From: a virus
Virus record (IMG/VR): IMGVR_UViG_3300045988_085935
Length of the DNA stretch: 46,029 nt
Reading direction: 5' to 3' (one strand)
Positions 34,698 through 41,274 of the stretch are shown here, piece after piece. Under the pieces are notes generated by a model, which had not been told where the DNA came from, did no database searches, and worked only from the letters and a program-made list of their open reading frames with translations. The number at the start of each line of letters is the position of its first letter. Positions within the stretch are counted from its first letter, which is position 1. Made by a program: the position numbers and the translations under genes.

Positions 34698-34913
34698 ATG
34701 ATTATTATCAGTGAGAGTAATGTGTTACCTGAGATAGTATCAGACAGTGAATTTTTGTCTTTATGCTCTAATGTAGACGTTACCGAACTGCTTGAAATCA
34801 TGGACGATCTCATGCAAGATTTGGCTGTTTTATACCCTAAAAAGTACAACTTAATATTAAAAGCAATCGCAAGGCTAAAAAATAGTGCACACGACAGTGC
34901 ACACGAAATCTAA
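34698..34913 (+). CDS. Hypothetical 71-aa protein; its 3' end carries two arm-type repeats
   Basis: AAGGAGA SD 7 nt upstream. Confidence 0.5.
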   Translation: MIIISESNVLPEIVSDSEFLSLCSNVDVTELLEIMDDLMQDLAVLYPKKYNLILKAIARLKNSAHDSAHEI

Positions 34914-35124
34914 AAAATGCTTTAAAATGAACGTTTTTTGGATATTGCTTACGGGTTCGATTCCCGCTGGCGGCATCTTTTCAAGAACCTTGTACTTTCA
35001 ACGAAAGCGGTTGTAAACGTTGAAAATACAAGGTTTTTTGATGCTCAAATGGAACGCCGTGTTCCTACTGTGGAACGTGAAATTCAGCGTTTTTCAGAAA
35101 AAGTGCACACGAAAGTGCACACGA
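34884..35124. other. attP region: tRNA-derived core flanked by two pairs of AGTGCACACGA repeats
   Basis: AGTGCACACGA occurs at 34884, 34896, 35102 and 35114, all in direct orientation. The tRNA 3' fragment lies at 34951-34974. The integrase gene starts 56 bp away. Confidence 0.65.
34951..34974 (+). other. tRNA 3'-end fragment (T-arm, acceptor 3' strand and discriminator), not a complete tRNA gene
   Basis: CGGG-TTCGATT-CCCG T-stem-loop, followed by C-TGGCGGC-A. No D-arm or anticodon arm can be folded upstream. Confidence 0.6.
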
Positions 35125-35179
35125 CACACAAAATTGAAGCAAAAAAATATGGCTAGAATCTCTAGCCATACCCGAAAAC

Positions 35180-36211
35180 TTATTTTGCTATGGAATTGAA
35201 ACCGGAAATGATCTTTTTTGTTTCTTCCTCTGATTGGTTTTGTAGCGTGTGAGTATATATCTGCCGCAGTGTAGCAGTAGTAGCGTGACCGGATCTCTGC
35301 ATGATGTATATATCCGGAACATTCATTCCGTGCAGATAAGAACAGCAAAAATGCCGGAGATCATGGAACCGGAAGTCTTCTATCCCTTCCTTCTTTAGCA
35401 GCCTTCTAAACTTGTCCGTGATCTGATTTGGGTTCATGTCAAAGATGAATCCATCTGGATCTGCTTTCGGAATCTCTTTCAGCTTCTCCATGACGAATCC
35501 AGGCATCGTTATGAACCTGTCAGATGTCAGTGTTTTTGGTAGCTTGTATTCCCACTTCTTCTCCGGAGACAGGACGCAATCCCTTTGAACATGGATCACA
35601 TCACCTTGAATGTCAGACCATTTCAGAGCACAGATTTCACCTCTTCGGAGTGGCCCGAATGCGGCAAGCATGATCGGCAGCTCGATTTCCGTATCCTTTG
35701 CGGCACTCAGGACAGATTTTATCTTTTCTGAATCTGGAACGTTGAGATTTGGCCTTTTCTTTTGAGGGAGACGTACCTGCGGATTTGGTGCTTCGGAATA
35801 GTCTAATACTGCGGATATAAATCCGTGATAGTTCAATACTGTTTTTGGTGACAGCCCATCCTCAACAAGATGATCAATCACGCCTTGCATATCATATTTC
35901 GATATTGAGTATGCAGAACCGTCCCAGAATGACACAGAACGCGTTTTTAACCGCTCGGCTATATGAATGTAGCTTCTAATGGTAGAAGGGCTTAAAACGG
36001 CTCTGCGGTCTTCTATGAATCGTTCTGCCATCACTCCGAACGAATCCGACCTGTTCACTTCTTCATGGCTGATTAAGAACTGATGCGCTTCTGCTTCTAC
36101 CTGTTTCCGATTTTCTCCGGTAAACGACTTCCTTATTATCTTTCCGTCTTTCGTCTTTCCCAAGTAGACTTGTATGCGCCAATTTCCGGATGGTAATTTC
36201 ACTGCTTTCAT
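35180..36211 (-). CDS. int: Tyrosine recombinase (phage integrase)
   Basis: N-terminal SAM-like domain. C-terminal catalytic residues lie in ...LRRGEICAL... and ...RFHDLRHFCCSYL...GHATTATLRQIYTHT (R, H-x-x-R, Y). Confidence 0.93.
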   Translation of the reverse strand: MKAVKLPSGNWRIQVYLGKTKDGKIIRKSFTGENRKQVEAEAHQFLISHEEVNRSDSFGVMAERFIEDRRAVLSPSTIRSYIHIAERLKTRSVSFWDGSAYSISKYDMQGVIDHLVEDGLSPKTVLNYHGFISAVLDYSEAPNPQVRLPQKKRPNLNVPDSEKIKSVLSAAKDTEIELPIMLAAFGPLRRGEICALKWSDIQGDVIHVQRDCVLSPEKKWEYKLPKTLTSDRFITMPGFVMEKLKEIPKADPDGFIFDMNPNQITDKFRRLLKKEGIEDFRFHDLRHFCCSYLHGMNVPDIYIMQRSGHATTATLRQIYTHTLQNQSEEETKKIISGFNSIAK

Positions 36212-36350
36212 GGTATATTATTCCTATCCTTTCAATCGTGTTGGTTGTAAGGCTTTGCTGATGCGTCTGGGGCTGCCACCTTAGACGCTTTTCTTTTTGT
36301 TTGGTATAATGGTCTTGTTACTAAAGTGAATATTGATTGTTGCAAGGAAG

Positions 36351-36380
36351 AGCCGTTCTGTTATGCAGGGCGGCTTTTTC
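36351..36380. terminator. Hairpin plus T5 (+ strand sense); possibly also ends the CI operon on the - strand
   Basis: AGCCGTTCTG-TTATG-CAGGGCGGCT followed by TTTTT. Confidence 0.55.
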
Positions 36381-36381
36381 T

Positions 36382-36429
36382 TTGGACTAAATCTTGGACT
36401 ATATTTGACTAAATCTTTGACTATCTTTA
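36382..36429. repeat. Tandem approximately 12-bp repeats (TTGGACTAAATC / TTGGACTATATT / TGACTAAATCTT / TGACTATCTTTA)
   Basis: Read directly. GACTAAATCTT occurs twice and GACTAT twice, in alternating order. Confidence 0.8.
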
Positions 36430-36435
36430 AGTTTT

Positions 36436-36750
36436 TCATTTCTCATCAAAGATCACAACATATATTCCAAACCATAGCAATAACATGGTAAAGGTGTTCT
36501 TTGTATCGCCTGTATACATGTAGGTCATTAACCAAACATGGCAAACTATTGCTATAAAGCAAGAGCACAACGCTTCCTTCACCGCATTATGATAATTCTT
36601 ATCTTCCTTATCCTTGAGAAGCGGCAGAAAGAGCAACGGAGTAACAAAAACAAGTATTATTGCGAAACCTGTAATGTTCGACAAATAAAAGATCAGGCGC
36701 ATTGCAACTAACATTACGATGGCGGTTAATGTCCTTATTATCGTTTTCAT
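36436..36750 (-). CDS. Small multi-pass membrane protein co-transcribed with the repressor (possible superinfection-exclusion factor)
   Basis: Three to four hydrophobic segments. The start overlaps the stop of the repressor gene. Confidence 0.55.
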   Translation of the reverse strand: MKTIIRTLTAIVMLVAMRLIFYLSNITGFAIILVFVTPLLFLPLLKDKEDKNYHNAVKEALCSCFIAIVCHVWLMTYMYTGDTKNTFTMLLLWFGIYVVIFDEK

Positions 36751-37097
36751 CCTTTTCCTCCAAGCTTATTAAAGCTCTCATCACAGTTCATGATCTTCCG
36801 TACCATTGCCTGTTCCAGATCGGACAGCTCTTCATATCTGGACATGAATCTTATCTTCCTTGCTTCTTGTTCGTCTACATCTTCCCAACCCAGAAGGAAA
36901 GCGGAAGTTGTTTCAAGAGCTTTTGCCAGTGCCTGTATCTTCTGACTGTTTATGTCAACGTCTCCATTTTCCATGTGAGCTATTGTGCTCCTACTTTTAT
37001 AACCTAGTTTTTTAGCTAGCTCTTCCTGAGATAATTCAAGTTGTTCTCTTCTGTATCTGATTCTTTCTCCAATACATTCGTCAACGATGCTTCTCAT
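36747..37097 (-). CDS. CI-like repressor (XRE HTH)
   Basis: GGAGG SD before ATG 37097. LSQEELAKKLGYKSRSTIAHMENG is an HTH_3 core. Divergent from the Cro-like genes. The track ORF start at 37193 is an upstream extension. Confidence 0.75.
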   Translation of the reverse strand: MRSIVDECIGERIRYRREQLELSQEELAKKLGYKSRSTIAHMENGDVDINSQKIQALAKALETTSAFLLGWEDVDEQEARKIRFMSRYEELSDLEQAMVRKIMNCDESFNKLGGKG

Positions 37098-37173
37098 AGC
37101 ACACCTCCGAAATGTTTTTCTTCTTAATGTAATCGTAAGATAACGTGAAAATAAAATCAAGAAAATGAGACAA

Positions 37174-37207
37174 ATGTGTTGCATTTTTTTCACACATGTA
37201 GTAGTCT
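37174..37207 (+). promoter_or_regulatory. Early rightward promoter candidate with an overlapping inverted repeat
   Basis: TTGCAT - 17 nt - TAGTCT. The inverted repeat ATGTGT...ACACAT (37174-37179 / 37192-37197) spans the -35 box and spacer. Confidence 0.4.
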
Positions 37208-37253
37208 CAGCACATCGGGAGTGAAAAATATTGAACAGAAAGGAGGGCAGTGA

Positions 37254-37502
37254 ATGGTTGACGTTGATCTTCTGATGAAGCTGATTAGCGAAAGCGGAAT
37301 GAAGATTTCTGCGGTTTGTAAAAAGTCTGGAATTGAACGCAGAACGCTGTGGAATAGGCTTTCAAACGGCAAAAGCTACCTGTTCAATGTTCGTGAAATT
37401 GAGGGACTTTCAAAGACTCTCCACATGAATGCAGATATGGTACAGAAGGTTTTTTTTGCCAAAAAGCGTGAAAATAATTCACCATCTAAGGAGAAGAAAT
37501 GA
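37254..37502 (+). CDS. Cro/antirepressor-like HTH protein
   Basis: AGGAGGG SD. MKISAVCKKSGIERRTLWNRLSNG is HTH-like. Paralog of the next gene. Confidence 0.55.
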   Translation: MVDVDLLMKLISESGMKISAVCKKSGIERRTLWNRLSNGKSYLFNVREIEGLSKTLHMNADMVQKVFFAKKRENNSPSKEKK

Positions 37503-37717
37503 GAAGACACGAGCCGACATTTTCAGAGGTCATCAAGGGCCGTTGTTCATTCGCCGGCATAAACCTTGGTGACTTGGAAAAGAAAGCAGGGATTCCTCAT
37601 ACAACGATGTGGAAACGCATGAAAGATGGGGAGTGGACAAGGGGACAGATCAAGCAAATGCATCGCTTCCTGCATTTCACGGAAGCGGACATGAAAGTCT
37701 TTGTAGAAGGGAGGTGA
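37499..37717 (+). CDS. HTH protein, tandem paralog of 37254-37502
   Basis: INLGDLEKKAGIPHTTMWKRMKDG. ATGA-coupled. Confidence 0.55.
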   Translation: MRRHEPTFSEVIKGRCSFAGINLGDLEKKAGIPHTTMWKRMKDGEWTRGQIKQMHRFLHFTEADMKVFVEGR

Positions 37718-37722
37718 ACAGG

Positions 37723-37860
37723 ATGGCTGGATTAGGGATGGCATGTATCGTGATCGGTTTTTTGCTTCATGGCTGCGGACTATATACCGCATTCGCAGTG
37801 GACGTAGCAATCGGAATTGCCGCTTTTTTGATCGGCACAAAAAAAGAGAGCCGCCGCTGA
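37723..37860 (+). CDS. Small membrane protein (45 aa)
   Basis: GGGAGGTG SD 7 nt before ATG 37723. MAGLGMACIVIGFLLHGCGLYTAFAVDVAIGIAAFLIGTKKESRR has two hydrophobic segments. Confidence 0.5.
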   Translation: MAGLGMACIVIGFLLHGCGLYTAFAVDVAIGIAAFLIGTKKESRR

Positions 37861-37910
37861 CACGGCAAGCCCTCAAAAACATATCTGGGATAAAGAAAGG
37901 ATAACACGAA

Positions 37911-38165
37911 ATGGACAGTTTAACAAGAGAAGCAGAGCACGCAAAAACGGATGTAAAGGTTCCGTTCTCAGTTATGAACTTTCAGGTTAAGTATTGCGCA
38001 CAGCAGCTCAGGAGCCTTTTTTCCAAGGATGCCGGAGTAATTTCAGTTGATATGAAGGTTTGGGCGGACGGTTGCGTTATCGCAACCTTTGAGGACAAGA
38101 ACGGAGTTCACGTATTCCGCACGGAGGATTTGAAGAATGAGGATGACAGCGAATCCAGAGTTTGA
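37911..38165 (+). CDS. Hypothetical protein (84 aa)
   Basis: ORF in the early rightward operon with a weak SD. Confidence 0.45.
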   Translation: MDSLTREAEHAKTDVKVPFSVMNFQVKYCAQQLRSLFSKDAGVISVDMKVWADGCVIATFEDKNGVHVFRTEDLKNEDDSESRV

Positions 38166-38271
38166 TGCGGAAGTCTGGTATGACGAGTGGATGCGTGAAA
38201 CCAGAGAAGAAGACAGAGACTATGACGATTTAACAGAGCAGGACGATTGGGATAACTACACGGAGGATTAA
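38143..38271 (+). CDS. Possible 42-aa acidic protein
   Basis: MTANPEFDAEVWYDEWMRETREEDRDYDDLTEQDDWDNYTED fills the gap to the next gene. It overlaps the upstream ORF by 23 nt. Confidence 0.3.
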   Translation: MTANPEFDAEVWYDEWMRETREEDRDYDDLTEQDDWDNYTED

Positions 38272-38274
38272 GGG

Positions 38275-38916
38275 ATGATTACAAAGCATATTCACATTGA
38301 TTTTATTGATGACGTACTGGGAACGGCTCCGGGCGATCCGGATATTCACGGATCTTACGTGTCTTCGAAGGCACCGGATGCAGCAACGAAGGAAGAAGAA
38401 ATCGCGGCGATTGGAGAGGATGAGTTCCGGGCGAAGGGGAAGACAATCTTTCCTACTGATGAGAGCGGAACTCCGATCTTCTGGAACTACCAGATCAAGG
38501 GCTTTTTCAAGTCGGCGTGTGCCGCACAGAGAGGACTTTCCGGAAGCAAGTCCAACAAGGTCAAGGCGTACAAGAAAAAGATTGACCTTGGAATCTTCGT
38601 TTTCCCGGATGCGGACGATCCGTCATCCAGAGCAATCAAAATCCACATGACTAAGGCCGGAGTTGGCGAGTGTCAGCGACCGCTGAGAGCTGAAACCATG
38701 CAGGGTCCTAGAGTTGCTATTGCCGATTCGGAATCCATTGAGAAAGGATCATGGATCGAGTTTGACGTAGTGGTGCTCGATGAGGGCGATTGGGATCTTG
38801 TGAAGGAATGGTTGGACTACGGACGATTTAACGGTCTTGGACAGTGGCGCAACTCTGGCAAGGGCGCTTTCGTCTGGCGCGAAATTAACCACAAGCCCAC
38901 AACGATCTTTAAGTAA
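38275..38916 (+). CDS. Hypothetical protein with RAMP-like sequence features (unverified)
   Basis: GGAGGA SD. GTPIFWNYQIKGFFKSA resembles the P.ip.s.iKG.lR segment of Cas7-type RAMPs. The C-terminal GLGQWRNSGKG resembles the RAMP glycine-rich loop. Confidence 0.3.
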   Translation: MITKHIHIDFIDDVLGTAPGDPDIHGSYVSSKAPDAATKEEEIAAIGEDEFRAKGKTIFPTDESGTPIFWNYQIKGFFKSACAAQRGLSGSKSNKVKAYKKKIDLGIFVFPDADDPSSRAIKIHMTKAGVGECQRPLRAETMQGPRVAIADSESIEKGSWIEFDVVVLDEGDWDLVKEWLDYGRFNGLGQWRNSGKGAFVWREINHKPTTIFK

Positions 38917-39483
38917 CGGCATTGATTTGAGTCGCAAGGCTGCGGAATAGATATGCAATGCAACGGAAAAGCAACGCACTGATCTGTAACGGCATTGATC
39001 AGCCTCGAAAGGCGATGGAAGAGAAACGAACAGCATTGCAGCGGAAATGTTAGGTTTGGCAGGGCTATGGAGTTGCCTAGAGTAGCAAAGAAATGGAATG
39101 GCAGAGCTAGGTCAGGAAATGCGCAGGCATGGCCAAGAAATGTAATGCGTAGGCATAGAGCAGCGAGGTCAGGGAAACGTGCAGAGCGGATAAGCGCAAG
39201 AACAGTAGGGAGAGGACTGGCAATAGAAAAGAAAAGTACAGAGATGTGAAGGAAGGGCGCGGCGCGGAGGAGATGCGCTAATGAATGGCTACGAAAAGCA
39301 GCGGAATAGCTTAGAACCGCCTCGTATTGGAATAGTACAGTTGGGAGACGCAAGGGCATGGAATAGAGGCGAAGAGCAGAAGGGAAAAGCACAGCCACGT
39401 ACAGAAAAGGCATTGAATCGTGTTGCGGTGGAACCGAAATGCTGAGCAAAGGCAACCGTAAACAGTAAAAACAGGAGGTAAAC
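38917..39483 (+). other. 567-bp purine-skewed non-coding tract with degenerate repeats (ori, ncRNA or decayed gene)
   Basis: No convincing ORF. GTAACGGCATTGAT occurs twice. GCGGAAT(A)G occurs three times. AGGTCAGG(G)AAA.G.GCAG occurs twice, about 58 bp apart. GGAATAG occurs four times. Confidence 0.6.
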
Positions 39484-40107
39484 ATGGAAAACGGTATTTA
39501 CAAAGCAATTTCTGCTGTTCTTTCGGATGTAGGAGCAGTAGGAAAGGACGGGCAGAACACATTCGACAAGTATAAGTACAGAAGCATTGATGCAGTCATG
39601 AACGCTATGCATCCTGCGATGGCTAAACACGGAGTTTTTGTTACTCCGGAAGTGTTGGAACAGTCAAGAGAAGAGAGATCGAGTAAGAACGGCGGCGTTC
39701 TTATATATTCCATCACGAAAGTTAAGTACACCTTTTATACCGCAGACGGATCAAGCGTAACCGCTACGGTGATTGGTGAAGGAATGGACAAGGGTGACAA
39801 GTCCATGAACAAGGCCATGAGTGCCGCTTTCAAGTACGCATTGTTTCAGGTCTTCTGCATCCCCACAGAGGAATTTGTAGATTCCGAAACGGAAAGTCCG
39901 GAGCCGGAGAAAGACCATAGTAATGAACTGTGCGGATCGGCAGAACTGGCAGTTCTGGAAGCTATGACCAAGAAGGCTTTCAATGTCGAGGACGTATCTA
40001 AAGTATTCAAGTCATGGCCCAACATCACCAAGGGACAGTATGTGAAGGCCATGGAAGAGATCAAGAAGAGAGCCGGGAAGAATGGAAACGAAGGGAAAGC
40101 TAATTGA
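39484..40107 (+). CDS. erf: ERF-family single-strand annealing protein
   Basis: AGGAGG SD. ...NTFDKYKYRSIDAVMNAMHPAMAKHGVFV... and ...KAMSAAFKYALFQVF... match the ERF core. Confidence 0.8.
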   Translation: MENGIYKAISAVLSDVGAVGKDGQNTFDKYKYRSIDAVMNAMHPAMAKHGVFVTPEVLEQSREERSSKNGGVLIYSITKVKYTFYTADGSSVTATVIGEGMDKGDKSMNKAMSAAFKYALFQVFCIPTEEFVDSETESPEPEKDHSNELCGSAELAVLEAMTKKAFNVEDVSKVFKSWPNITKGQYVKAMEEIKKRAGKNGNEGKAN

Positions 40108-40636
40108 CATCAAGCAGTCCTTCCAGAGCAGAACAACCGTCTTAACCATCGAGGTTGAGGCGGTTCCTGCAAAGGTTGAAGAACTGAAAGACAAGATTCT
40201 TTCCATCGTCCTGAAGCCGTATCGGAAGAAGCGGACACTAAACGCCAATGATTATTACTGGGTGCTGTGTACCAAGATCGCAGAGAAACGGCACGTCAGC
40301 AAGACGGAAATGCACAATATTCTGCTTGCTGAATACGGGGCTGAACAGGTCACAGACGGGGCTTTTGAGTGGGCGTTGAAATCTCCAACGTTCGACTGGA
40401 CAAAGAGCATTACCGAGCATTACAGACCATCCGGAAGAACGGTATCGACAGACAGCGGTGAGCTTCCCTTGTATTGGGTAATACGAGGGAGCCACACATA
40501 CGACACGGAAGAAATGTCCCGGCTGATTGATGGGACTGTGTACGAAGCTAAGGAACACGGCATCGAGACAGCAAGCCCGGACGAGATTGAAAGATTAAAG
40601 GCGGCGTGGAGAGCTTATGAACAGTGTAAGAATTGA
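40082..40636 (+). CDS. NinB/Orf-like recombination protein (HNHc_6-like family)
   Basis: KRTLNANDYYWVLCTKIA parallels the lambda NinB segment RSLDQNRKLWACLGDV. The C-terminal ...EEMSRLIDGTVYEAKEHGIET... parallels NinB helix 2. Confidence 0.5.
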   Translation: METKGKLIDIKQSFQSRTTVLTIEVEAVPAKVEELKDKILSIVLKPYRKKRTLNANDYYWVLCTKIAEKRHVSKTEMHNILLAEYGAEQVTDGAFEWALKSPTFDWTKSITEHYRPSGRTVSTDSGELPLYWVIRGSHTYDTEEMSRLIDGTVYEAKEHGIETASPDEIERLKAAWRAYEQCKN

Positions 40637-41066
40637 GGTTCCAGGTGATCCGGTTGGAAAGGCAAGACCAAGATTTACCAGAACCGGGCGATGCTACAAC
40701 ACCCGGAAAACGAAAGAATTTGAATCAAGAGTTGCAAACGCTTTTCTCAATTCCGGAGCACAACAGTTCGGTAAATCCGAACCCTTGAGAATTGATATCA
40801 TCGCAGAAATGCCGATTCCGAAAAGCACCACGAAAAAGGTATTAAGGGCTATTGAAGAAGGGTCTGTTAGCTTTCTGAAAAAACCAGATATCGACAATAT
40901 CGTCAAGGCGGTTTTAGACGGATTAAATGGAATTGCGTTCCCAGATGATAAGCAGATCATAATGCTCTCGGCGTTCAAAAAGTACAGCAAGGAACCGAAG
41001 ACCATTATTTGCATTTTCGGAGGCGATCATGGAGAGGAACGATTCGCAGAAAATCAAAATTCTTAG
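40617..41066 (+). CDS. rusA: RusA-family Holliday junction resolvase
   Basis: GDPVGKARPRFTRTG...PDIDNIVKAVLDGLNGIAFPDDKQI are RusA signature segments. Confidence 0.9.
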   Translation: MNSVRIEVPGDPVGKARPRFTRTGRCYNTRKTKEFESRVANAFLNSGAQQFGKSEPLRIDIIAEMPIPKSTTKKVLRAIEEGSVSFLKKPDIDNIVKAVLDGLNGIAFPDDKQIIMLSAFKKYSKEPKTIICIFGGDHGEERFAENQNS

Positions 41067-41070
41067 GTGA

Positions 41071-41274
41071 ATGCAAAACAAAGGAAGCATCACACCACAG
41101 GATGCATTAACGTTTGGGTGCATGAGACTGGCAGCACGAATTAAAAACCTTCGATCTGATGGTTACGACATCATTACAGACAGGTTGGAGTACATCGACA
41201 ACGATGGAAGAAAAGTCAGTTATGCATCATACAGACTGAGGAATCAGGAATGTGCACAGACAACGGATACATGA
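41071..41274 (+). CDS. Winged-helix/HTH protein (HTH_39-like)
   Basis: GSITPQDALTFGCMRLAARIKNLRSDGYDIIT...ASYRL is the typical pattern of this small phage HTH family. Confidence 0.6.
   Translation: MQNKGSITPQDALTFGCMRLAARIKNLRSDGYDIITDRLEYIDNDGRKVSYASYRLRNQECAQTTDT

Noticed and set aside
34941-34977. A complete tRNA gene
   Set aside because: Only the T-arm, the 3' acceptor strand and the discriminator can be folded. The base that should pair at position 49 is mismatched, and there is no anticodon or D-arm upstream. It is therefore a tRNA fragment (attP core), not a gene.
34938-35156. 72-aa + strand ORF between the cassette and the integrase
   Set aside because: It starts at a non-ATG codon with no SD and runs straight through the tRNA-derived attP core and the arm-type repeats. 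The region is better explained as a recombination site.
38995-39249. 84-aa Arg-rich + strand ORF inside the purine-rich tract
   Set aside because: It has a TTG start with no SD. Its composition simply mirrors AGR/CGN-rich DNA, and it has no recognisable fold pattern. It is kept only as an alternative under the non-coding-tract finding.
38917-39483. A CsrB-like CsrA-sponge RNA, suggested by about 21 GGA motifs
   Set aside because: The GGA count is about what the G/A-rich composition alone predicts. The motifs are not obviously presented in hairpin loops. It is retained only as a low-probability option within the tract finding.
38817-39485. 222-aa minus-strand ORF covering the whole purine-rich tract
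   Set aside because: The minus strand here is pyrimidine-rich, so stop codons, which need A/G, are statistically depleted. The product is low-complexity (F/L/S/P/A). Its ATG is merely the reverse reading of the erf start region, and it overlaps the 3' end of the upstream gene.
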